A stretch of DNA of 64,000 nt from Mytilus californianus (lineage: Eukaryota), in contig NW_026262690.1 of assembly GCF_021869535.1 (NCBI RefSeq), forward strand, positions 38,688,001 to 38,752,000, read 5' to 3'. Below, one piece after another: positions 48,060 through 60,300 of this stretch. Position 1 is the first letter of the stretch. Each line of letters starts with the position of its first letter. The translations under genes and the position numbers were made by a program. Under the pieces are notes generated by a model. It was not told where the DNA came from. It ran no database searches and saw only the letters and a program-made list of their open reading frames with translations.

Positions 48060-51000
48060 CTGCAAATAATCAGAAAAGAAACAATGAAAACATTGAAAAT
48101 ATCATGAACGGCTTTTTGTACAAAATATTGTGAATAATTGAATAATATAACTCCTACGCCATTTTTTCTCATTTTACCTGTCAATCAATGTAAGAGTAAA
48201 AGATCTGATTTAATCAGATTGGTCAAAGTCAGGCCAACATGATGTGTACTCAATGCTGGAGGAAGAATTCATACTGCAGGGGGTATGGCCTGGGGTAAAT
48301 GGTGCAAAATCTGCATTCTGGCAATTTCCTTGGACTTAAAATGACCTCACAGAAATCTTATTTTCATAAGTAACACATCTACTTTTGAAAAAAAAATATT
48401 TGAGAAAAACAAACAGGTACTTCTGAAAAATCAAGGATCATTTCCTTTTCTTTCTTTTTTGGAAGATGTCCAAAACCGTGTCTGCTGAAATTTGTTTTTC
48501 ACGGTATATGTTTAATAGACCAAGCCCAGATGAACCAAAATAAAAAAAAACATACAAGACTAACAAATGCCAGAAGTTCCTGACTTGGGACAGGCACAAA
48601 AATGCGGCGGATTAAACATGTTTTTATGAGATCTCAACCATCCCCTATACCTCTAGCCAATGTTGCCATCGAGACCGGCATACATGCAAATACGTTAAGT
48701 ATATTAAAGATTCCCGGGTATAAATCCTTGTTTATCATTTAATGTTTCTTGTAAGTTGTTAGGAATGTCATCAAAATCTCTCGTCCACTTTGCTAACCAT
48801 CTCCGAATTTTCCGATTGAAATTCTTCTTTTGTAACATGGGCATCATCTACATTGTACATTTTCATCAAAGATTATGTCTCCAACAGCTATAGTAAGTTG
48901 AGCAATGTTTACTTTTTAATTACTTTATTACTTTAGTTTTATTCTTACTAGATTTACCATATTTTTATTTTTGTCAAATGTACGATGTGTAGGCATATGC
49001 ATTTTTGCGTACGAGTTGCTACGTGCCTGAAAGTTCAAGGTGCTTATAAAATTAAATAGACTAATTTTTTGGTGAAAGTTTGGTTTCCAATTAATATCTT
49101 TTGATATCTTTTATAATATATATCAGACATTAACCAATCTTGGAAGATAATATTCCTTGGAGTGAAAAAGACTATTGATTTTGAGGTGAATTTGTCAAAA
49201 GTTTAGATCACAGCAGCAATTAATAGACTGAAATATGGGCAAAATTTTGGTTTTTCATCATTTGACATTAATTGATAAAAGACTATACAGTCTTCATCCC
49301 AAATACCATTATAAAAAAGCAGTACAAGTACCAAACACAAATTGCTTCTTCTAGTACAAATCTATAAGATTGCTTATGCACCACGGTGCTCCTGTATTTT
49401 TGTGACTTGAAACAAGAAATTATTTTACTAATGACAAGATTGGCATAAAACTGGTGTAGAAAAATCAATGAGATATATTTGATATTGCCTTCAGTACAGT
49501 AGTAGTCTGTGGCGGATCCAGAAATTTTCATAATGAGGGGCCCACTGACTGCCCTAAGAGGGGGCCCACTCCAGTCATGCTTCAGTGATTCCTTCATATT
49601 TGCCAGTCATGACCTAAACTGAAAGCTATTTGTCCTAAATGGAAGATTGGGATTTAGGACAAATTTATTTTTTTGACAGAAGTAATTTCGGTCATCTCAT
49701 TGAGATCGGGTTTCATAATCGCCATTTTGCACTTGCTTTTGTTCTGTGATCCCTTTCCTGTAATAAAACTGCCACTCCAGTATTGTTTGATAATCCTGAG
49801 GGCCCTCCTAATAACTATATTAATGCCTCAGGGAAATATTGGCTAATGATCGCTAATCACTTTTTACCTGTGTTTTTAATTCAAACCTGACATTGATCAC
49901 AACCCCAGAACTAACATCATAAAGAAATTAAAATTCCATGATAAGTGTCTTCAATATTTAATTGCTTTTCAGCAAAGACAATCGTCAATTCTGATTTAAA
50001 AATTAAAACTTAATTTAATTATGTTTTCACGAGTTACATGTGTGCTTTATTTACTATGTAATATCATTATGCATGCGTGAAATTGTCTTCAGTAGATTAG
50101 ACACTTAATCGTAAAATGCAAAATGATTTCATGCTAAATTAAACAAGTAACAATAACATTGCCAAATCAAAAATGAGAAAAAAACAAGTCCACATAAAAC
50201 TACAAAGAAAACTAAAGATGAATAAGGATTGAAATTTGGGTGTCCAAAAAAACTATCCAACCAAGTAGACATTTTCATTTTTTTTTTTTAATTTTTGTCT
50301 AGTTTTACAATTTTTAACCACAGCTATAAAAGTATCTACTCTTGGTGCAATATGAAATAAGGCATCTGCTGGTTATTTGGAGTAAAAGCACTCACATGTC
50401 ATATTATCTTCAATGAAAAAAGGAGTGACTTTCATAGTAAATCACCATGTGATACTGTGAGGAAACACCAGCACTCAACTTAATCCTGATGTGTGTAAAA
50501 TATTGTTTAATTTACCCCAGATCTTGCTTTGTCTTCACTATATGTAGCTGCAACTTCATTGAACTTCATCCCTCCCTTTAACTTTTCCATAGCTTCTAAA
50601 CATTTTGACTGTTTCTCACAAAGAATGTGTCTAACCTAAAACAAAACAAAAAATCTAATTTTTACCACAATAAAGCTGTGTTTTATTTTACGATGTATCA
50701 TTAGCACTCCGATTACTCCAAACATATATCTAATATACATCCCCTGCTTTATTAAGTGTATGTTTTGTGATGTATTAGATGTTATGTTTTTACCATTTTC
50801 AGTTTACTCAAGAAATCACAAAAAATGCACAGACATACATTTAAATTTTCTGAGATTTCTTATTTAAATACATCCACTTTGAGTAATACAAACAGATAAG
50901 AAACAGGATTGCATCTGGGTGTTTTCACCCTTATTATCAATGATAATATCTTTTAGAATTATCTAAATTTTTGCAGATAATCTAAATTGTTAGAAGTGAA

Positions 51001-54000
51001 AATCTTCATAGTATAATATATTTGAGATCATATGGGACTATTATCATGATTATACAAGTTTTTTCTAATGAAAATTTAAAGATCTACATTTAACTGCAAT
51101 TTGTATAGTTTTCCTTTGATCCTACTGCCTAACATTTGTTTAGAGCACAGATAGGACTTGATACTCTAAAATATTAGGCAATGAAATCACATATCAGTGC
51201 AGTAACGTTGCATGTTCATGTCCATTTGCATCAATTTATCAATAAAATGCAGTGGTCTAAGTAGTTGAACTACTGTATCACTAGCCAGTCAACACTGAGG
51301 TTGTGAGTTCGAATCCCATATGTGGCAGGTGCGCTCGACTCCAATCTTAATTTACTAGGATTGCCACTTTTCCTGCTGAAGGTCGGTGGTTCTCTCCGGG
51401 CACGACAGTTCTTCCACCAATAAAAACTGAAATAGCACAATAGTGTTGAAAGTGGTGTTAAAAACCAACCAATCAATCAATATTAAATCATGTGGTCATA
51501 TACATTTTTTTTGTACATATGGAAATGAGATGTGCCAATGCTAATACAACTGCTACCAAATACCATTGACTTTTCATAAGTCGTTCCCTTTAAAAAAACC
51601 TAAACACAAACATTAACTTGTAAACTAAGCAAAAGTTTCAAAGTCAATAGACCATGACTGAAGGGGCGGGACCAAATAATCTACATGGAAATGAGATATG
51701 CCAATGTTTATACAACTGCATACCAAATATCATTGACCTACCACTAGTGGTTTACCATAAACTGATCTAATCACAAACTAATACATGTACATGAAAACTA
51801 AGCAAAATTTTCAAAGTCCATAGACCATGACTGAAGGGGCGGGGCCAAATAATCTCCATGGAAATGAGATATGCCAATGCTTATACAAGTGCATACCAAA
51901 TATCATTGACCTACCACTAGTGGTTCCCCATAAACTGACCTAATCACAAACTAATGCATGAAAACAAAGCAAAGTTTCAAAGTCAAAAATTCGTAAGGGT
52001 TCCATGGAACCCAGTGTCTAGCCTACTTTTGCTGTTAATTGCAGGCTCAACAAAAATGAGGAAAAAAATCAATAAAAATATTCCTTTAGATACTATCTTT
52101 TGATTGTAAGAAGCTTCTGTCAAAGTTTGGTATAAATCCAGGATAGTTTATGAATCTAATAAATGTTTTAAAAACTTTAACTGCAGACTGTATTTAATGT
52201 TAACTGGAAGAAAAACTAAGTCCATTTATAAGTAAAATACGGATAAACAGGTACAAATTTTAACGAAATTTCCTTCTAGATACTAGCTTTTGATCATAAA
52301 CAAGCTTCTGTTCAAAATTTGGTACAAATCCAGGATAGTTTAAGAAAGTTATTAAAATTTTAAAAACTTTAACCACAGAGTGAATGTATTGTTTCCTGGC
52401 AGAAAAACTAAGTCCATTTATAAGTAAAATATGGAAAAAAAGAAATTTTTTTTTTAACAAATTTACTTCTGGATACTATCTTATGATCATAAACAAGCTT
52501 CTGTCCAAGTTAGGTACAAATCCAGGATAGTTTAAGAAAGTTATTAAAATTTTAAAAACTTTAACCACAGAGTGAATGTCATGTTTCCTGGCAGAAAAAC
52601 TAAGTCCATTTACAAGTAAAATATGGAAAAACAGGAATTTTTTTTTTTTAAATTTACTTCTGGATACTATCTTATGATCATAAACAAGCTTCTGTCCAAG
52701 TTTGGTAGAAATCCAGGATAGTTTAAGAAAGTTATTAAAATTTCAAAAACTTTAACCACAGAGTGATATTTGTGGACGCCGCCGACGACGACGGAATGTA
52801 GGATCGCTATGTCTCGCTTTTTCAACTAAAGTCGAAGGCTCGACAATAAACCATGACTGAGGGGGCGGGGCCAAATAATCTCCATGGTAATGAGATGTGC
52901 CAATGCTAATTCAACTGCATACCAAATATCATTGACTTACCACTAGCTAGTTAAATCACACACTAATACATCGTTGACGATGCGGCCACCACCGGAAACA
53001 GCATACCTATGTCTTGCTTTTTGACTCCGTCAAGGCGAGACAAAAATAACTGACGCCACTGCCAAATCAGTTCCACTAATGAAAAGGAGTTTAATTCAGC
53101 TGAATTTTGGCCTGCCAACTCATCCAACTATTTGAAAAGGAGTTTCATCCAGATGAATGAAAGTCTGCCAACTCACCCCACTTATAAAAAGGAGTTTAAT
53201 CTCAATGTATAAAAAGCCAGCCAACTCGCCCCACTAATGCAAAGGAAAGTTGGTTCTGGTCTGAATTCAGCAGGATTAAACTCCTTTTATTATGCTTAAA
53301 TAATGAGGGAGTTTGCTTGCTTTTATAACAGTGGGATACAACTTCTTTTAGTTAGTGGGCTAGTTGCAGCTTCATGTAGGTCTTACATGTAATTCAGCAG
53401 GATTTAAACCCTTTTTAATATACACCTTATCGCTATTTGGAAATCTGCGTCAGTTGACCCGAAAATCTGCACCGCTTGAACTTTTGACGTCATACAACAA
53501 TCAATTTTCCATTGTGGCATCAGATATTTTCTATTGTGACGTCATAATTTTTCGGGTACCTTTGTGATGTTCAGTAATGGTGGACAAATAGCGATAAGGT
53601 GTATTACTGGGTCGAGTTGGTTCAGGACAATTTGGCAATGGGGCAAGTTGTCATGGATTCAGGTTCATGGATGTCGCATTAAAATAAATAACTTTTATAT
53701 GAAACAACTGCATGTCAACTTAAAATTCTTTTGTATCTGGGACATTAATATATAATCTATTGGTCCCAGCATTGCAGCAAGGAAATTGTACTAAAACATT
53801 TAGATAACAGAGCTTGGAAGATTTCCTATCTATTTTACTATTATTTTATCAATGTTAAAATATTGTCATAGACTGGAATGTTTGAAAGAAGGATTATTGC
53901 ACGGCCCCAACTTGTCTGGCAAAACAGCCGTTGGACGTCAGAGTAATCTCGGACTATACAATCCCTAGGTCCCAGGTTGTACATTGTATATACTTTGACA

Positions 54001-54104
54001 GCGTTTCCTCCTTTTGCTTGTTTTCCTTCATCTCCACCACCTTCTGCTCCTTTTCCTCCTTTTCCACCACCCTTCCCTCCTCCGCCACCTTTATTTTTAG
54101 GCAT
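47901..54104 (-). CDS. PIN4: Parvulin-14 peptidyl-prolyl cis-trans isomerase NIMA-interacting 4, 129 aa
   Basis: Exons 54104-53994, 50635-50516, 48059-47901; GGNAVK|VRHILCEK...SEDKARSG|[20 protein letters not shown]...[15 protein letters not shown]. Confidence 0.97.
50516..50635 (-). CDS. PIN4: PIN4 exon 2
   Basis: [19 protein letters not shown]..., 120 nt. Confidence 0.96.
51250..51480 (+). mobile_element. tRNA-derived SINE
   Basis: A-box-like AGTGGTCTAAG, B box GTTCGAATCC, 3' gttgaaagtggtgttaaa and (CAAT)n tail. Confidence 0.7.
51520..53045 (-). mobile_element. HINE-like element (same family as 10150-11125) interrupted by a second HINE-like element (~51985-52850, ~192-bp tandem core)
   Basis: First family's units resume at 52850; the inserted element has aaatccaggatagttt units at 52135, 52328, 52519, 52711. 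Confidence 0.65.
53423..53601. mobile_element. Tc1/mariner-type MITE (CACCTTATCGCTATTTG TIR)
   Basis: Perfect 17-bp TIR with TA TSD; related copy 56158-56518. Confidence 0.75.
53994..54104 (-). CDS. PIN4: PIN4 exon 1
   Basis: Gly/Lys-rich N-terminus [11 protein letters not shown]...GGNAVK|gtatac. Confidence 0.95.
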
Positions 54105-54305
54105 ATTTGTTTGTTTACAGTTTCCAAAAACACGTGTGTTAAATCAAAACAGGAAGTCTATTTCACATGTAAGATGAAATATGATTGGATAAATGTTTTC
54201 AATTGACCAATCAATTATTGTGACTTAAAGAAAACTTGGTACGATTTACAAGATGGATGCAAAGTGAAACTAGACCAGAGATTATCCTATCACAATTTAA
54301 AAGAA
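54105..54305. promoter_or_regulatory. Compact bidirectional promoter PIN4/GPALPP1
   Basis: 201 bp between divergent ATGs; CACGTG 54131, CAGGAAGT 54150, opposed CCAAT boxes at 54184 and 54207. Confidence 0.75.
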
Positions 54306-54342
54306 ATGTCAGGCGGTGAATATGGTCCAGCTTTACCACCAG
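54306..54342 (+). CDS. GPALPP1: GPALPP1 exon 1 (GC donor)
   Basis: MSGGEYGPALPP-G|gcaagt. Confidence 0.85.
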
Positions 54343-57300
54343 GCAAGTACCTAAAATAAAACAATAAAGGTTAAACCAATGTTTGATGGTCTGGATTTAC
54401 AGAAAAGGGAATAATAATACTATTACAACAGAAAAATGGGCCAAAATTTGGCAAAAAGATAAAGAATAGAGAAAAATGGGCACCAAAAAAATAAGAATAA
54501 AGAATACGGAGGTGCTTTAATATGAAGAATAGTGATTAATAGGCCAAAAATACAAATAAGAAAGAAAAATGAGTTGTCCAAAAAGATAATGTCTGTACTG
54601 TTGGGTAAATGCAATATGCCTAAAAGTTCTTCTCAGTACTTAAAGCATGTACAGTGATCAGACCAGTCTGCACCAAGATCTTTTACAACTACTAGTCCGA
54701 AATCCAATTTTCCAACATTTTTCTTATGCGTCTAAACAAAGTTTTGCAAAAGCTTACTATTCTGATGTGTCTAAACAAAGTTTTGCAAAAGCTTACTATT
54801 CTGATGCGTCTAAACAAAGTTTTGCAAAAGCTTACTATTCTGATGCGTCTAAACAAAGTTTTGCAAAAGCTTACTATTCTGATGCGTCTAAACAAAGTTT
54901 TGCAAAAGCTTACTATTCTGATGCGTCTAAACAAAGTTTTGCAAAAGCTTACTATTCTGATGCATCTAAACAAAGTTTTGCAAAAGCTTACTATTCTGAT
55001 GTGTCTAAACAAAGTTTTGCAAAAGCTTCCTATTCTGATGCGTCTAAACAAAGTTTCGCAAAAGCTTACTATTCTGAATAATATTTTACTAGTCTGGGGC
55101 ATCCGACTAGTGGCTAATGGTGCAAACTGACAGACAAAAGTAGCTTATATATAATGAATTGCAAACCCTAATGTTTTCTCTTCTCCATCTTGCACTTGAC
55201 AAAGTTCAGCTCCTATGGTGTCATTAGAAGCATCTGTATCCAGTATGTATGTAACATGTGATCTAGGGTAGCTGTAATATGACTGCCTCAATCAAACTGT
55301 ACTTCAATGTATCAAATACTCGTTGGTGTCGTTCTTGCCAAATAAAAGGTTCTTTAAGTCTTACAATGTCATTGAGAGGTACTGCTACACTGAAATATTT
55401 TGGTATGTGGTCCTGATGGTAATTCATCAACCTATAACATTTGTAAAAAGGACTGTATGTTTTTTTACTCTTTGGAATGGGCCAATTTCTAACAGCTTAG
55501 ACATTTCCTTGATTGTCAGACTTTAAACCCTTCAACACTGACAATCTTTCCTAGGAATTTAACTTTTTGCTGAAATAAACTGCACTTTTTTGGTTTCAAT
55601 TTCAAGTTGTACTTCCTGAATCTGTCCCATACATGCTTTTAAGTTTTCCAAATGATTGTCAAAACTGACGCCTAGTACACAAACATCATCGAGATAGGCA
55701 TGGCACTCTTTCCCTGTCAGTTCTTGCAAGACTAGCTGTATCATGGTACAGACAAGACACCGTGATAATACGCTATGCATGCTCTATTGTTATCAGAACA
55801 AGCTGATAGACATCAACAAGAGTACTTACCTCAAAGGTTGTGACAGTAGAACTTGTGGTGGACACAACTTTTACCAACAGAGGTTCACCAGTGATGTCTA
55901 CAGGAACTCATTCTTTCTAAGAACAATCATGGAATGGGATACATTACCTGCCAAGGTTGCTGAATCGGAATCCTTTGAAGATTTCAGCTCAGGGCTACAG
56001 ACTACACATTAATACTGGAGTACACATTGTAAATAATTTAAACCGTAACACATCTGATTTGATTGCAAATTACTGTATATAGCCTTTGGGGACTAGATTT
56101 GTAATGTCACCATGCGTAGTCGCCGCAGAGTTTAAAAGTTCCTTTTAATGTATAATACACCTTATCACTATTTATTCCTGTCCCCATGCATAAGTTCTGA
56201 AATTTCACAGCTTTTTCATGACTTCAGAATCCAGTTGTTGATATCTGGGGCCCTGTTTAAACAATGTATTGTGCATAAACTTGTCAAAGAGACATGTTTA
56301 AACCACTGTAAACACTTCAAACAAAGCATTTTTATTACTTAAGTTTGTGTTTAAAAAAATTAGATCATAAACTATCAAAATTTTAAAATGTTCACTTTCT
56401 GAATGTTTTTTTCCCTCAGCTCATTACTGGTGACCTTTGTTTTTGCATTACTTGACCCAAACACACAGTTGTCTGAGTGACTGTTTTTTTCTGGATTGGA
56501 CTAAATAGCTGTAAGGTGTATATACCTTAGTATACTCAATCTTCAATCTTGAGGCACAAATTGTCATGATGTGCAGGTTTACTCCTTCATGCTTTATGCT
56601 CAAATGATATACATGTACATAGAATAATGGCATTTTTGTTTTTGATACTGACTTTATCAGCAAGAATATCAAGCGAGCCTGTTTGTCCAAGCTGATATTC
56701 GAGCTGATGAAGTCAATATAAAAAAATAAAATGCCATTATTCTTTTTATTGGCAGTTTGTATTAACTGTATGTTTTTTTGGTTGAGAATATGAAGTGAAA
56801 TGAAATAGTTAGTAAAACTACTTTTATGCGTACAAAACGTTGGGATACATGTAGTTGTTCTTTTGTATGAATGAAGTCGCATGCATTTCATTGATAAATT
56901 GACGTGGATGAACTTGATCAGGTGACGTTGCTGCACTGATACATGATGTCATTGCCTAATATTTTCGAGTATCAAGTCCTGTCCATGATCTTAAAAATAT
57001 TAGGCAGTAAGATCAAAGGGAAAATGTACAAGTTTCTGATAAAATGTATTAACCTGAATATTCAAGCCATCCCTGTGATCGACCCTCCCACTAGCAAGGA
57101 CCTGAACTCTTAACGATAAAAACATGTCACAAATCCAGGACTTTGATTGGTGCTCCCTGGATGAGAGAGCCAATCAGCTGGTAGCTTATTGTTATCGAGA
57201 TAGGTAAATCCTAAGCTAATTCCTAATAATTAATTGCCTATTTTTTATTGACTAGGCCTTTAGCTATCTTCGATCAGCGAATTATAAAGACTGAATCATT

Positions 57301-60300
57301 CAAATCGGATATGTAAAGAGAAACTTATTGGGGTTGATATAACGAAAGTGATTGCAATAAAGATGAAAATAAATAGCACAATGGCATATTTTTGCGTTGC
57401 CAGGTGAGCACTTCAGACTCTTGCTTTTGGTGGTTTTCAGATATTAATTGATATTGTTGAATTTTTTTTCAGGATTACAAAAGACTGAAGACAGTGAGAG
57501 AGTAGCTGGACCTGAGCTGCCACCACATCTGAGAAGAACTTCCAAAAATGAAATTGAACCTAGCTTACCACCAACAGTGGCAGGTCCTATTGGACCTTCT
57601 TTACCGCCTCATTTGATGAAAGACCTTCATAATGTGGATGATATAATTGGACCAGCAATGCCCCCACAGATTGATAATCCTGAAAGTGACTCTTCGGATG
57701 AAGAATCAATAGGTCCAAAACTGCCTTTTCAACTAAAAAATAAAGGAAATACTTCAAATAAATCATCAGTAATTGGGCCTTGCTTGCCACCTCATTTAAC
57801 AGCTAATAAATTACAAAGTACTGGTCCTCAACTCATTTTAAAGGGAAATAACTCTGATAATGAAGATGATACTGATGTGATAGGACCAATGCCATCTGAA
57901 ATGTTAAGAGGAGATGCCAGTAGAAGTACAGCAGCAGAAATAGAATCAAGAGCAAGACAAATGAGGGACAGACTGGAAGGAAAGGTTAGAATTTTCTGTA
58001 TTGACTTATTTTCATGGTGATTTTTACATAAATTGTAAGAAGTAATATTAAAACTTAAAGTTTGCGTAATTGGCATGAGTCAAGCCTCTTTTTAACTAAT
58101 TTTGCATATAAAAATAAGAAGATGTGGTATGATTTCCAATGAGACTGCCAATTATCCAGATTATGTGGATGTGAGCGACTATCGGTCAAAACCCATACTG
58201 TATAGTCAGCTATAAAAGGCACTGACATGACAAAATTTGAAACACTTCAAACCAAACAAGAAAATGAATCTAGATGACAAAACAATTCAAGAAAAACATA
58301 TAGTACAGACAGCAACCAATGGCAACCACCGAATTACAGGCTTCTGACAGTCTGTTCTAAATTTGTGTGGTTGGGAGGGTTGAACTCTCACAAGTATTCT
58401 TTAGTTTATGTGGCTTTCCCAAGCCAGGAGGAGCCTGTAGTCCAGTGGTTGTTTTTGTTTGTGGTCTGTCATAATTGTTTTTTGGAAGTTTGGAACTAGT
58501 ATTCAAATTCTTTCCTAAGGCACCACCTTATACACATGGAAGTTTATCAAACTAGAACAGAAGCTTCTTTATGATCAAAAGATAAAAAAAAATTACACAG
58601 ACCAAAAAAAAAATATTGCATTTGACTTTTAGATACAGTCTAAGTTAAAGTTTTTGGGACAATAACCTTGTCAGATGTCAAGGATTTTTAGGAAACTTGG
58701 ACAAAAGCTTCTTCATGAGCCAAAGACAGTATCTACATTAAAATTTTGAAAAAAATATTTTTTCTTCATTTTCAGTATTTGACTGTTTTTCAGACACAAT
58801 AGCTTTGTCAAATGTTCATAGAATTTTTATGAAACATGGACATAAGATTCTTCACGGTCCATAGACTATATTCAGATCAATATTTGGAAACATTTTTTTT
58901 CATTCTTAGGTATGTTAACTGATAAATGAACTTTTAATTTTTATTTGCAGGTAATATTTAGATTCAATCTTAGATTAAAGACTTTCAGACATTTTAAATA
59001 ACTTAATTTTTTTTCAAACCTTAATTGAATTTGTTCAATATTTAACAGAAGCTTCATCCTGAACAAAAAATAGCATCTGATGACAAAAGATTGATTTTTT
59101 ATACGCCTGTTTACGGGATGTATTATGATATACCGTTGTCCGTTGCCAACATGTCGGACATTAACTCAAAAACGAATTTAACCAATTTGCATAAAACTTT
59201 GGTGAATTGTTTATATCTATTGACGTGAGCTCCCTTTCGTTTTTTATAAATTTTAGATTTTACGTTTACGAGTTATGTGGTTTTTATTCATTAAAAAAAG
59301 GGGGATTTTCCAGTTTTCGGACAATAACTCAAGAATGCTTTCACCAACTTGCAAGAAATTTTGGTTAATTGTTTATATTTATTGACATGAGCTCCCTTTT
59401 GATTTTTATAAATTTTAGATTTTATGTTTCCAAGTTACAGGGTTTTATTCATAAAAAAAGGGGGATTTTCCAATTTTCGGACAATAACTCAAAAATGCTT
59501 TCAGCAGTTCTCATGAAACTTTGATGAATACTTGATATCGGTTGATGTAAGCTCCCTTTAGAATTTTATAAATTTTTTATTTTATATTTCCGAGTTATGG
59601 GGTTTTATTCATTAAAAAAGGGGGGATTTTCCAGTTTTCAGACAATAACTCAAAAATGCTTTCAGCAATTCTTATGAAACTTTGGTGAATTGTTTATATC
59701 TATTGATGTAAGCTCCCTTTAGAATTTTATAAATTTTATTTGCTTATAGTCTTACAACAGATTAACTAAGTATTGCACAACAGCATAGTGTATTGCACAA
59801 CAGCAAGAAATCTTTAATTGAATATAAATTCAATTCATATAACCAATTTCAAGCATAGGATGATCCAGGGGGCCCTGAGGGCCCGCCCCCCCCCCCCCCC
59901 CCCCCCCCCTTTTGTGGGAAAAATGTGGTTGATTATATAGAGAATCACTGAAGCATGACTGGAGAGTGCCCCCCCTTAGGTCAGTCAGCGGGCCCCCCTT
60001 ATGAAAAGTTCTGGATCATCCACTGTCAAATTCTTTGACTACATTTATTCAGAAACCTATAATATGTCAAAAATTTAATTACAATCCAAATTCAGACCTG
60101 TATCAAGCTTGAATATTGTGTCCATTTTTGCCCCAACTGTTCAGGGTTGGACCTCTGAGGGCGTATCCAGCTGCGCTCAGCGAAGCAGTTTATTCAATTT
60201 TTCGGTATTTTGCTGAAAAATGGACTTAGTTTTTGGCAGTCAATATTACACTTTGTGAGACACGTGGTGCCGTTGAACCCATTATAATTTTTTCACATCG

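Noticed and set aside
48704-48847. 47-aa ORF on the minus strand in PIN4 intron 2 ([21 protein letters not shown]...)
   Set aside because: Short, no homology recognised, not needed for the PIN4 reading frame
51250-51320. tRNA gene candidate
   Set aside because: A and B boxes are present but no cloverleaf or acceptor stem; continues into a SINE body and tail
54347-54352. Canonical GT donor alternative for GPALPP1 exon 1
   Set aside because: Gives phase 2, incompatible with the phase-1 start of exon 2
54647-55130. Three overlapping repetitive ORFs (134-144 aa)
   Set aside because: Artefacts of the 39-bp tandem repeat; no start or splice context supports translation; not CRISPR
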